Origin: Lama glama
Lineage: Eukaryota
DNA: 64,000 nt
Assembly (NCBI GenBank): GCA_028534125.1
Contig: CM052816.1
Location: 7,504,001-7,568,000 of the forward strand
Direction: 5' to 3'
The notes below the pieces were generated by a model that made no database searches, was not told where the DNA came from, and was given only the letters and a program-made list of their open reading frames with translations. A program made the position numbers and the translations under genes. Shown piece by piece: positions 13,601-25,089 of this stretch (within the stretch, counting starts at the first letter, position 1; each line of letters begins with the position of its first letter).

Positions 13601-15492
13601 GGTCATAATTCCTCACGACTGTCAAGGCCATGAAAACACAAGATGTTGACATTAGGGGAAACCAAGTGAGGAGTATGTAGGAACTCTGTACTATCTCTGC
13701 AACTTGCCTGTAAATCTGAAATTATTCGCCTAAAAAATGTATTAGGGAAGAAAAAGCACATAGCTCAAGACATAGCACAAAGTATGTGCACAAGAAATGA
13801 CAGTCATTAAACAGTATCACAGTCTATTAAGCACCTACTGTAGCCCGGCCTGGGGTTCTTCTCCGCTGTTATCATATCTAAAGCTCACCACAGCCCAGGT
13901 CACAAGACTGGTTAATGCTAGAAGAGGAAATGGAACTTGGGTTCCCGAAGCACAAAGACTGTCACCCTACAGCCTTCATCTGGCCCAGAGTCTCAGGGTT
14001 AGGGCTCTGAACCATATGAGCCCAAAGACCCAGATAAGAGCAGACAAGGATGGAAAATGCCACTTGCTGTGTAATCTTGGAGGAGTCCCCTATCCACTAG
14101 GGGCCTGGGTAAGGTGAGTGAATCCCCTGACGTTTCATGGCCCCTCCAAAACTGCCAACTTAAGACCCTCTGGTCTGGGATGGCATCCCAAGACAATATA
14201 GGAGAACAGGGATATAGGGCAAGCTCGAGGCTTAGCCACACCACCTCATAACGGTAAGCACTGGAGCCAAGAGAAACATTCTCAACCTACACTCAGGGAC
14301 AAACTGAATCCTCTGGGCAAATAAGGCCAAGAGGTCCTTACTCCTCCATTCAATAGGCAAAATAGATGTCTTGCCCCTGGGGCAGGGTGAGGCTGAGCCC
14401 ACTTTTACATCGCTTTATAAATTTAAGATTTAAGAGGTTTTCCATCCATGGAAGCATTTCCCTTCACCCACAGCCATCAGACAAAGGCAGCTTGGTGGCA
14501 TCCAGCCCATTTTACAGATGAGTAGACCAAGGCTCAAGAAGCCCAAATGCCATGTCCATGGATTAAAGACAAAGGGTTCAGAAGATGAGCCTCCCAGCTA
14601 TCAGTCCTATTCCACTTTCCCCTACACCCCCCTGCTCTTTGCTCTCTAATATTTCTAAGGAGGTTGGAGGTAGGGGATCTAGGCTGGGCCTCTCTCTCTT
14701 TGTGGCCAGAGATATTAAGTGACTTGCCTCCAGCTATGCAGCAAAGAGAGAATGGAACTAGGCTTTTCTGTGTCTTAGAATGACAGAACTTTGCTTACTC
14801 GAGGGTCTGGGGCAAAGGGTGACTGAGAAGAGATGGTGAAGTTGGGAGGTTAGAGCCTCTCTATGGCTCACATCCAGGAGCAGGGCTGGATCTTTGTCAC
14901 CTGAAGAACAAGTCTGGACCTTCTGGCCTGAAGAGCCTCTCAAATCCAACCTCCCACCTGGACAAGCAGCGCCTCAGAGCAGTACAAAAAGAGGAGGTGA
15001 CGGCTGTCAGGCCTTTGCATGGGGGAAAAATTGGGGCAGGTAAACGGGGATGAGTCTCTGGCTTGGGAGCAGATCTTTAGTCTTGCAGTTCTGCAAAATT
15101 TCACTCAGATGTTTGGAAAGAGGACAGGAGAGTACAGACGGGAGTGAGATTAACCCTTCCAAAATAATCTGGAGCAGAGCAAGGCCTTATAGCCCACCCT
15201 CTGTACAGATAGGGAAACTGAAACCCAACCGAAACTCGTAGAGAGAAAAGGATCCCCTCGGAGTCCAACAGTGAGTGGCTTTGCTAGGCTCTGCTGCAGA
15301 GAATTCTATAGACCGGAGTAGCCACCCCCATATCCCAACCCCACCCGCACACCCCAACCTGGGTTGGGATCCTGGAAGCAGCTTCCTAAAGGACAGGGCG
15401 CTCACCAGTGGCGGGCGGTTTGCAGTAGCCGCTGGGCCGGCAAGGAGCAAGCCCAGGGAGATCAGGAACGCAGGCTGCAGCAGGGGGCTCAT
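4448..15492 (-). CDS. GM2A: Ganglioside GM2 activator (ML-domain lipid-binding protein), spliced CDS join(15492-15406,10752-10600,5115-4933,4603-4448), 192 aa
   Basis: Four GT-AG-bounded phase-0 exons of 87+153+183+156 nt join into one open frame. Product has a signal peptide, the [27 protein letters not shown] and WLSTGNYRI motifs and 8 Cys. It lies head-to-head with CCDC69. Ortholog versus paralog cannot be resolved from this window. Confidence 0.93.
4933..5115 (-). CDS. GM2A: GM2A coding exon 3 ([11 protein letters not shown]...CHCPLKA)
   Basis: CAG acceptor (ctg 5116-5118), donor GTAAG (cttac 4928-4932), 183 nt, strong GM2A similarity. Confidence 0.96.
5913..6333. repeat. Tandem duplication, two units of 210 and 211 bp, in GM2A intron 2
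   Basis: 5913-6122 and 6123-6333 are near-identical, with about 5 differences. Confidence 0.95.
8359..8798 (-). mobile_element. Tigger4/Zombi-type DNA transposon relic
   Basis: Ends resemble the Tigger4 termini (gacttatgatgg...; ...cgtaagctgaggaagatatg) and the body matches the consensus as recalled. Confidence 0.7.
9330..10370 (+). mobile_element. Ancient L1M fragment(s)
   Basis: A-rich decayed sequence with L1 3'-end-like motifs; boundaries approximate. Confidence 0.5.
10600..10752 (-). CDS. GM2A: GM2A coding exon 2 (LGGFSWENC...NSPQK)
   Basis: Pyrimidine tract and CAG acceptor (ctg 10753-10755), donor GTAAG (cttac 10595-10599), 153 nt in frame. Confidence 0.93.
12480..13110 (-). mobile_element. 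L2 LINE relic
   Basis: Typical L2 motifs (cagatatttatggagc, aaggccctatagtggaaag, gcaatgggactccattgcagg); boundaries approximate. Confidence 0.55.
15406..15492 (-). CDS. GM2A: GM2A coding exon 1 (signal peptide [29 protein letters not shown])
   Basis: ATG at 15492-15490, hydrophobic leader, donor GTGAG (ctcac at 15401-15405 on +). Confidence 0.93.
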
Positions 15493-15960
15493 TGCAAAGG
15501 GTGGGTCCGCGCTGGGTTAACCACTAGATTTGCGGCGGCGACGACTCCTTTAAATACCTGCCTGCACTGGTTATGCAAATCTGGGCATCTTTATGCAAAG
15601 CCGACCGTCGCCACTTCCCTGTTCGCCCCGCCCCCTCCGGAACTGAGCTTTCAAGGCCTGGAATTGGACAGATCTCTCCCGACTCCGCCCCACAGAGGTT
15701 GCTCCTTTAGCCCCTCTCTCCGAGCGTGGGCGTCAGGCCCCGCCTTTGGGGCGAAGGCGGAGTCTAAGGAGAAAAGGGGCGGGTCCGAGTACGGGATGGG
15801 ACGTGGCGGAGCGGAGCTCGTGCGCGGGGGGGGGGTGTCAAAGCGCGAGGGCGGGGCGGGGCCTAACTCAGGGCGGGGCTGGAGCGCGAGGAAGGGGAGG
15901 GGCTGTGGTTTTTGAACTCGGGCTGTAAGCCGCTGCGGGAAGGACCATTATGTTTTCGCA
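15493..15960 (-). promoter_or_regulatory. GM2A promoter / CpG-rich region
   Basis: TATTTAAA on minus at 15556-15549; ATGCAAAT octamer at 15573-15580 and a second TTATGCAAA at 15591-15599; several GGGCGG boxes; high CpG density. Confidence 0.75.
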
Positions 15961-17925
15961 CCCAAGTCCTTCTTGACAAGAAGTGTCACGCTCCATGTCA
16001 GTATTGCGCTCCTCCATAGCCGAGTTATGAATCACTGTGTCTTTTTAATAATTATTATAATCATGAAAAGTAACATTAAGTAAGTGCTTTAATGCGTGCC
16101 TAGTACTGTTAAGCACTTACGGGGGAATCCATTTTTTTTGCCCTCTTTTACCACTAAGGAAACATACACGATAAGGCCTTGCCAAGGTCACACAGCTAGG
16201 AAGTGATAGAGCGAGGATTCTGCTCACATATACCCCATCGGACAAGATTTCGTTAAGCTACTACACTTTGAGCTGAGGTTTGCTTTTTATAAAAGCAATA
16301 GAGATATTATTCCTGCTAAATTACCGCTAGACTGTAAACCCCACAAGCGGTAGGACCATGACTTTTGGTCACTAGTAATGTGTACCCAGTGTCTCACACC
16401 TAATAGGTGATCAATCTTTGTCAAATAAATGAAAGCATGTGTAGAATTTAAAACTTAATCATCTTTTTTGAAAGAAATGTTTTATTTTGAAGTTAATTTT
16501 AGATTACAGGAAAGTTGCAAAAATAGCACAGAATTCCTTCTCAGTCTCCCCCATGTTAACATTAATATATAAGGGTATTTTTCTTTAAAAAAAAAGATAT
16601 ACGGATTTTTTTATAAACAAGGAGAAACTGGCATTGATATATTACTATTAACCAAGCTCCAGACTTTACCTGATCTTTTATTTGCACACCTTCCTCCCAT
16701 ACTGATCACCCCCTCTCTCATCTAGTGCAGCCTCTTCATTATACACAAGTGCAATTTCAGGCCTTGCAAGGCAAAGGACTCGTCCAGTGTCACACAACAG
16801 AAGCAAAACTAGAACTCACTTCTCCCAAGGCTGACCCCTCAGAGGTATGAGAGGTATCCTTTTGGCTGGGTTCTTTGGTCAGCGTGTCAGTGGGGAAACT
16901 GGATGCTGACACCCGTGTGCCCCGGAGCCTCACTGGAAAATAGGAAGGGGGCTGCACAGCTCCCTTCTAGCATCGTTCCTGCTTCATCTTTGCACCTGCC
17001 AAGGCCTCTCTACCCTACTACCCACATGTATGCTCAGGCCCATAAGATGGCAGCTCTCTTGCTCTCCATACATCCCCTGCCGAACCTGGCCCTGCCTCAC
17101 CCCTACCTTACACTCATGATTGCCTCCCCTACAAGCTGAAAGTTTAATGAGAAACTACCTGCATGATCTGCCTGGCCCCCAGCTATGGATTTTTATAGCC
17201 CTCAGACGAGAATGGCTCCATTATGTTTGTTCATCAACAGGAAACTGCCTCCTCGTGAGGGTTACTAACCCAAAGATCTAGGGGTGGGGGATGCATTCCA
17301 GCTGTGTCCCTGGCAACCAAGGAGCCCTTGTGTGGCAGAGATGGCAGCATAGTCCGGTCTGCCACCATCAGTCTACATGGCAGGGAGTCAGGAGTCCCTC
17401 CAGGACTTTTGCCTCTGACTTTTCAGATTCCCTGTTCAGTCGTTGAGGTCTCTGTCACTGACTCCTTCTGGGTTCTCTTCAGTCTCACAGCTGGGCAATC
17501 ACAAGAATTGCAGGACTGAGGGGCGCAGCCCAACACCATTTCCTCCCAGTTTCTAAATACTCCGTTCTCTCAGCCTCAGGCCCACTCCTTTACACGAGAA
17601 GGATTTGATTTTAGGCAGTAAAAGATTAAAGCTCCTCGGGACCTTGGAGAAACTCTCACTGTGTGGGCACATTCCTTGGAGATTATAGTGTGTAACACTC
17701 TCCCTGAAGGGCTTTGGAGGTGATTCTGGAAGGTCATAGATACCATGACCTGGAAACCAAAACCGTGAAATTGCCAGGTAGAAGAGGAGAGTGGCGTGTT
17801 CAGACTACTTGCTTCCACTCACGCAGGCCCAGGCTTGTGTCCTATAAGAGCCTGGGGAGGCAGAGGCAGAGGTGGGGGCTGCTTAACCTCTCTGGGCTCA
17901 GTTTCCTCATTTGCAAAACAAGGAT

Positions 17926-17927
<2 letters not shown>

Positions 17928-17980
<53 letters not shown>
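17928..17980. repeat. (AAT)17 microsatellite inside a MIR
   Basis: Perfect repeat following the MIR core ctcagtttcctcatttg. Confidence 0.95.
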
Positions 17981-17981
<1 letters not shown>

Positions 17982-18146
17982 CTACTTCCCAGGCTAAGCT
18001 GTTCACTCATTCGACAAATACTTACGGACTCAACAGTTAGACAAAATAAAGGCCCTGATCCCATCCCTGTAATCCCACCCCCAGCCCCACAAAGACTAGA
18101 GTCTAGTCAAGAAAAGCCATCAGCAAGTAAAGACTAAAACAAAGGA

Positions 18147-18570
18147 TGTTGCCTACTTTCCAGTCATACCTACAGTACAGCCTGATAGGAGCTCAGGGCA
18201 GAGATCAGGACGAGGCACTCTGAGCTTTGGGAAAACTGACAGAACAAGCCGCCTTCAGATAGATATTTTCAGGAAAAATTTTTATAAACGTGGATTCTCG
18301 CATCTTCCCATACTTAAAAAAGCACCGAAATCATTAGGTTATCTGTTCCTCACGACTAGCAGCAACCTTCTACCAAGGACCGTGTTTGATTGCGTGGACC
18401 CCTTGGCCAGAATTACCTCCCCCACCGACCACTTCAGAGCAGCTCCTCAGAGCTACCTGAGGAATTGTCTCCTGGGTTAGAGCTCTTCGCTAAGTCCTCA
18501 AGTAAAAGTGAAACTCGCAGCTCTCACAGTGTGCTTTTTGTTGTTGTTGTTGTTGTTGTTGTTGTTAACA
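18147..18570 (+). mobile_element. Probable solo ERV LTR with terminal (GTT)n
   Basis: TGTTG...AACA ends and an AGTAAA poly(A)-like signal near the 3' end; TSD not clean. Confidence 0.5.
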
Positions 18571-18744
18571 AGACATAAACATGATATTAACCAAAAGTAT
18601 TATTACCAAAAGACAAGAAATCAGGTTAAAGTCATACAAAGTGCAAGTGGGCTGCATTTTTGACTCTGAGAACTCTCAGAAGAGGTGGGCTTTGACCATC
18701 TTTGGCAGAAATAGAAATAGTCGGGAGAAGAGCCCGTGTGAAGT

Positions 18745-18910
18745 GTTAAGTGGTCAAGACCATCAGGGCTGCACATTGCAGTTCTCTGGGGAGCATTTAA
18801 AATTCCCAACCCTCAGGTCACGCTCCAGGCCAACTCATCTAAATCTCTGGAGGTAGGACCCAAGGTTGGTAGTTTTTTTTAATCCCATGTAGTTCAGATG
18901 TGCAACCAAG
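18745..18910. mobile_element. MER5-type hAT-Charlie relic (similar copies at about 21375-21670, 28660-28820, 33330-33515, 35045-35205)
   Basis: Shared motifs such as gtggttctcaaactt, gaatcacctgg, cccacccccagag and tttctaacaag. Confidence 0.6.
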
Positions 18911-19156
18911 GTTGATATCCAGCCATGTAAAGCTCCTGGCACACAACAGGTGCACACATAAAGGGGACAGTTACTAAAACAAGGCCCTTGTCCTTGAAGA
19001 TTCCACATGCTAGGAGTGACGGTTTGCAATTTTGGAAATTGTTGTCACTCTAACATGTATCACCATGGACTTCCTGGAGGAGTCACTGGGTCTGAGCCCT
19101 GGAACAACAGAGCCCAGGATGACCTCTCAGCCATGCTTGTATGTGGTGGGGTAAGT

Positions 19157-19815
19157 GTTGTTGGAAGCCCAGTGTATATGGGATTAAAGGCTGGTGTGAG
19201 AAGTGCCCTTGTACCCAAGGCCATGTACCTGACTCACAGTGAGGCCAAACAAGCCCAGCCGTTGGAGCTGGGAGCAGAGAAAGGTTTATTGCAGGGGCCG
19301 AGCAAGAAAAGCGGGCTGCTCCTGCTCAAAAGACCAGAACTCCCCAACGGTTTTGGGAGAATAGTTTTTAAAGGCAACATTTGGGGGTGCTGGCCGCAGG
19401 GTGCATGACCTTCTTCTGATTGGTTGGCGGTGAGGAATCCGGGTGGTGTTTCAGGAATCTCAGTCATCAACCTTCTGATTCCGGCCAGCCTGGGGTCTCA
19501 GCATGTAGTTACCACCCTCCACCTGGGTAGGGGCCTTCAGTTCTGGGAGAACAACTCAAAGGCATGTATCAGATTGTTATATACAACCCCGAGGAGCTAG
19601 GACTCTTGTTTCATCGCTGAACTATTGCTTTTTGGCTGCTTTTCCTTTGTTTCTGCATTTCCTCAGTTCCCTAATTACTAACTGATTGAATCAGTTCTTT
19701 GGAATTCAGGGAAGGTCTAGAAGACTAAAGCTCTTTTCCAACGAACAAGAAACTGGGGGACATGGAAAAGTTTTTGTATACAAGAAATTCCCACAGGGCC
19801 TTGCTCAGTTTTGCC
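19157..19815 (-). mobile_element. ERV1-class LTR
   Basis: gaggccaaacaa...ggagcagagaaaggtttattgcagg motif (minus-strand AATAAA), typical of laurasiatherian ERV1 LTRs; ends approximate. Confidence 0.6.
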
Positions 19816-19929
19816 CTCAGTATAGTGAGGAATGTTTACCACCTGAGTGTGAAGAGGTCACAGGCAGCGACAGAAGCCTCCAACATCATTTGTTGGTCTA
19901 CATGGTGTTTCTTAGAATGTTTGCTTGGT

Positions 19930-20125
19930 TTTTTTGTTTGTTTGTTTTTTATTGAAGTATAGTTGGTTTACAGTGTTGCATTAGTTTCTAGTGTACAGCA
20001 AAGTGTTTCAGTTATACATACATATATTCTTTTTCATATTCTTTTTCACTGTAGGTTATTATAAGATATTGAATATAGTTCTCCGTGCTATATATTAGGA
20101 CCTTGTTTATTTTATATATAGTCGT
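19930..20125 (-). mobile_element. L1 3' end (artiodactyl-type)
   Basis: T-rich tail followed by ttgaagtatagttg...tgtacagcaaagtg. Confidence 0.75.
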
Positions 20126-22315
20126 GTATATACTTGGTTTTTACTTGGTTGCCAGTGTATACAGGCAGGTGGCTTCTCATCAAATTATGGATTTCCAGCT
20201 TTCCTGAAATAAAAATCAGAGAATCTGGAAACCCTGGCCTGAATTCCCACTGGATAGCAGTCTGTTGAAGCTGCTGGGGGTGTGCTGCTGGGGATCTGGG
20301 CTCTGCACTCCCCACAGCCCCTGTGGGCCATGCGCCTGTCACTTCTGTTACCGCCTGGTTTCTGTGGGTTTCAATCCCAAGTTTAGCCTGGACTTCTGCT
20401 TTTAAATCTTGACTATTCTTGTTATTAAAGGGCAATTTTCAAAAAGAAGGCCAAATCATAACCCGTGGTGAGATGAAATGAGCATGCAGTAGCGATTTCC
20501 TTGTTAACTCCTTCAATTAGGGAAACGGTGAGATGTTACAACCAGCACAAAGGAGAGTCCAAAGAATGGATCAGGAATATGGAGATGAGTGTATAAATGG
20601 AGGCAAATGGGCCTCTCCCATAGTCGGGGAGGGAAGTCAATCCTTTAACCTCCACAGGAATTACATGTCTATAGGCAAAGATTATTTTCCATAGTTCTGA
20701 CTTATCTAACACTTCAGAGGCAATGACAGGAACAGAGTGCCCAGAGAAGCATAAGCAGATACGTAGAAGGGTATGCTGTGGATGCCAAAGAGTTTTCCAC
20801 TGATGCAAAAATTGTTCTCCAAATCGGAATGGTATTTATGACTTTGAACAATGCCTGTAATCTCACTGTGCCTCAAGGGCCCCTGTCTGTAAGAAGGTAG
20901 GATCAAACTAGATGATCTCCAAGTTTCCAAGTCTTTCAACTTTCTGTCCGTACGTGCAGAAAACTAAAAGGGACACTGGAACTTATTTCAACTAGCCCAT
21001 AGTAGAGAGCAAGAAACTGAAGCCCAGAGCGGGACAGACATTGGCCAAGGCCACCCAGCAGAAGAGGGGTGAGAATCCAGGTGTCTGGCCTCCCAACTCA
21101 GAGCCACAGCCCTGCACAGAATTGTAGAGTAATAGGAGCTTCTACCCTTTTTCACCTCACCCTCTGAAACCAGAGAGCAGCTGGACACCCAACAGTGCCT
21201 TGGGGAGCAGGGGTTGGACTGGTCAGACAGGCCCGGCAAGGCTGGGGAAGGTGCCTTGGGAGGAGCCTCCCCGATCAACCTGAGTCCCAAGGGCCCAGGA
21301 TGGGAAGCGCTGTCCAAGTCTGCGTTGCTTTGATTTCCCCTAAATTTTCATCTCATTAGAGCCCTCACCTAGAGCTGTGATTTCTCAATGCTGGCTACTC
21401 ACACTGGAATTACCTGGAGAGCTTTAAACAAATCACCTGGGAACCCAGGCCCAGACTGCACCCCAGAGTGGAACCCAGGCATCAACATTTTTTAAAGTAC
21501 CCCCCCCCTCAGAAGATTCCAAGGTGCAGCCAGCTTGGAGAACTACCGGACCAAACAGCTTTACTCTAACTGGAATATGCATGCAAAACACCTGGGATCT
21601 TGTTAAAATGCAGATTATGATTCAGCAGGCCTAGGTTGGAGCCCTAAAATTTGCATTTTCAAGAAGCTCCTGATGTGGCTGAGGCTGTTACCCAGAGGAC
21701 AACAGAGCAGCAAGAATCCAGACCAGACACTTTCTCCACCACTGAGTGGCAGGGGTGGGATACAGATGGAGTCACTATTTCCTCCCAAGGAAGGCATCTG
21801 GTGAGCTCTCCCCTCCACCTCTGTTTACTGAAACAGAGCAGGAAGGACAAAGCCTCGGCTGTTCCCAGGTTGTCACTCTATACTTCATCACCCTACTGCA
21901 TGTAGGGGCGGGATGAAAGCCATGATGTCTGAGGGTCAGTCCAGATGCAGCATCCTTTGATTCTGTGAAGCGTCTAGCTCCAAGGAGCTGCCCAAGGGGA
22001 GCTGGGTGACAGCTGTCGTGAAGTCTGTTCTTTGAACAGTTCTGCTCAACCTCTCCTGTCCTTCTTCCCTCCTGCTTCCTTCCCTGCCCCTTTGCTGGCC
22101 TCCAGAGTGACTCAAGAATAATTTTAGTTTAACAGACCTCGGCTGTTTCTGCCAATAATTTTCCAATCATGGACAATCCCACTGACTTATCACGAAGGAG
22201 GTCCAGCAATACCTACTTAATTGTCTAATGACTCCCAGTGGGGGTGGAGTCGAGGGGAAGGGAATGAGGATCTTGTCCTTTCTGGGGGCTTGGAACCTCA
22301 ACTCCAGGACAGGGG

Positions 22316-22818
22316 TGTTGACTGAAAAAAAATACACAACCTACAAGTTGAGAGTTTCGTTTTATTTGACGGGCTTTCTGAGGACTCGAGCCTCTCTCTG
22401 AAGGACTGCTCCAAAGATGTAGGGAGGAGCTAGGATATTGGGGAGTTTTTGCAACAAAGGCCAGGTAGTCAGAATATCAAAAGATTACTGTTAGACTGTT
22501 GACTAAAGAAAACCAGATATCTCAAGTTCAGGACTTTAGTGCTTTTCTATGTATAGGAAGATGCAAAAGTCTGGGCTCTTTGAAATCATTCCTTTGATAT
22601 TCACCTTTGGTTTCTAAGGACAGTGTCCTGTTCTTTCCCTTCCTGAGCCCCCTCTCGGGGACACTGTTGGGCATGCCTGCAGAGGCTGAGGACTTGGCAG
22701 CAGGCAGCCTGCTTGTCTCCATCCTGAGTTCCCTCCAGTTTACCATGGGGCGGTGGTAGTGGCTGATGACTTCGTGGCCACAGTGTCCTTTGTTGGCAGG
22801 CAGCATTTTTTATTCACA
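22316..22818 (-). mobile_element. Solo ERV1-class LTR, 503 bp, with 4-bp TSD
   Basis: TG...CA termini flanked by GGGG at 22312-22315 and 22819-22822; minus-strand AATAAA near 22366-22371. Confidence 0.8.
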
Positions 22819-22849
22819 GGGGCTAGCAATGCACTGGAAACACATTTCA

Positions 22850-23422
22850 GATGAGCAGCATCATTGTCAGAACTCCATCACGGGTCCTTTAGAGTTGAAA
22901 CCGAGTTCCCCTAAATCTGAGCTCCCTTTCTGTCCAAAACTTTATTCCCTTTCTTGTCCCCTCTGACCTCTATCCTGTGCTAACTGAAAACTAATCAACC
23001 AGAGTCAGATAAGTAAAATTGCTGTTGCCGGTAACATCGTTAATGTAATAAAATTGCTATTATAGCTATCACTGTTAATGTACAAACACAGGTTGTTTCT
23101 CCAGGGCAAGATGAGCTAACAAACCCCTGAGCCATGGACCACCTGGCCAGATAATCGTAAGCCAGAGACATCCTAATTCCCAAAACTATGATTAAGAAAT
23201 GTCACAGAAATGTCACAAGAGGATGATTAATCCCAGCCTCCTTGTTCCTCCCCTTACAAAAATCCCTAACTCAAAACCAAGTGGAGTGGATCTGAGGCTT
23301 GTCTCCCACTCCCTACCTTGGCATCCTGCAATTAATGCTGTTCTTTCCTTCACCACAACCTGGTGTCACAGTATTGGCTTTCCTGCACTTTGGGTGAGCA
23401 GACCCGAGTTCAGTTTGGTAAT
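22850..23422 (+). mobile_element. ERV1 (MER41-like) LTR
   Basis: U5-like end caccacaacctggtgtc...ttggcttt...gagcagacccgagttcagtttggtaa; 5' boundary uncertain. Confidence 0.55.
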
Positions 23423-23607
23423 ACAGTTTCCAAAGCATTCTATTAGCTGTCTCATTCATTCATTCAAAAAGCATTTGCTGGGCAGAGCAATGCCAATGTC
23501 CTGGCCTTGGGAGGCAAAATGAATCTGCCTGCAATCAAGAGTACTCACCCCCGTTGCTCCATGTGCCTCTCACCCTGTAGCCTGCAGAGCTGGGCGGAAA
23601 TGTGCCA

Positions 23608-23640
23608 CTGTAGTACGTTCATACCGCCGGCAGGGGGCGA
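23608..23640 (+). promoter_or_regulatory. Candidate CTCF site (core plus upstream module)
   Basis: Core CCGGCAGGGGGCGA at 23627-23640, preceded by CTGTAGTAC at 23608-23616. Confidence 0.55.
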
Positions 23641-25089
23641 CCACTACCCAATTCGGGCTCCTAGTTTGACAAACCGGCCCGGTTATGTACAGACCTGATT
23701 TTTCAAGAGAAGCTGGAAATCCAGACTTTTATGTAAATTTTTCAAATCGTTAAGGATGGGCAGCTAATTCAGATCCTAGTAAAGACAGCGTGAGTTAAAA
23801 ATGAGTCTGCAGGACAGACATACCCTACAGAACCCCAGTGGGCACATTCTAAAGTTTGACCCCAGAGTGTGGGATCCTGATTTCATTCAGAATGCCAGCG
23901 GTTTACATCATTCGTCTAACACCTGCATTTCACATGTGGAGAGACTGAGGGTCAGAGAAATGAGGAACTTGCCCAGGTTCGTTAGGTCAGAGCCAAGACC
24001 GGGGTGTTCTGGTCCAGGTCTTCCTGCGGTGGGGAAGCATTTCCACCAGAACCCTGGGGTCCTCAACGAGCTGTGCGTGATTCGTGATTCTACAGCTCCG
24101 GGGAGGGCGTGCTCCAAGAGCTGGTCCTGCCAAGGGGAGCCCTGACGGGGCTGGGGAGGTCGCCAGAGCCCAAGGGCAGGAGGGGGAGCCGGAGTTTATT
24201 TTTAGCTCCCAGAATGTGCCTCTAAGCCTTATTTAGACATCAGGCGACAGGGTGAGCTGGAGGCAGCAGGGGCGGGGGAGGAGGTAGCCCCCTCCCCCTC
24301 CCGGGGCTCCTCTTACAACTGCTCTTCCCTGCCCGCCCCCTTACCATCCCTTCTGGGGGCTCTGGGGCTGCTCGAAATAGCAGCCCTTGCGGCTTGGGCG
24401 CTGTCCTGCTTCGGCTGGCTTGCTTCCTCCTCCACCTCCACTGCTTTCTCCCCATTCCCCACAGTCCCACAGAGAGACAGAACTCTAGGACCCTGGAATA
24501 TTTTCTCTTCGCCTCCTGGGGTCACATCTCTTTGAGAGGCGACAGTCATTTACCACGGTGGTTTGGAGCTCAGGTTGTGAAGTCTGATGGACCTGGGTTC
24601 AACTCCAGCATATGACCCTAAGCAAGTCCTTACACTCCCAACCTGAGTTTCCACTTTAGTACAGTAGAACTAGTAACCCCTCCAATCTCTCTCATGGTTC
24701 CTGAAGATCAAGTGTGATAAAGTATGTATAGATCTTGTCATATAATAACAAATCCTCAGTGAATGATGGCAATGGTGATTAAAGCTACAGATGCTCTACG
24801 GAGAAAAAATTGAATCGCTCACACACGTGCACAGTTGTGACTGTACTTGCACAAGGTTCACGTAGCCTCTGAAGCCTGCCGATCCAAGTCCACCATCACA
24901 CCCAATACAACCAATTCATCCATTCATGCGTTTATGCAACAAATCTTTGCTAGAGCTTACTCCATGCCAGGCACTGGGTGAAGTGTGGGGCGGGGATGTG
25001 AGGCCAGAGAAGTGAATATATGTGAAATATTCAGGGTCAAAATGCAAATTAATAGCAAGCCAAGGATCAGAGTGAAAGTCTCTCTCTTT

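Noticed and set aside
17796..18137. Poly-Asn and poly-Leu ORFs
   Set aside because: Translation of the (AAT)17 microsatellite.
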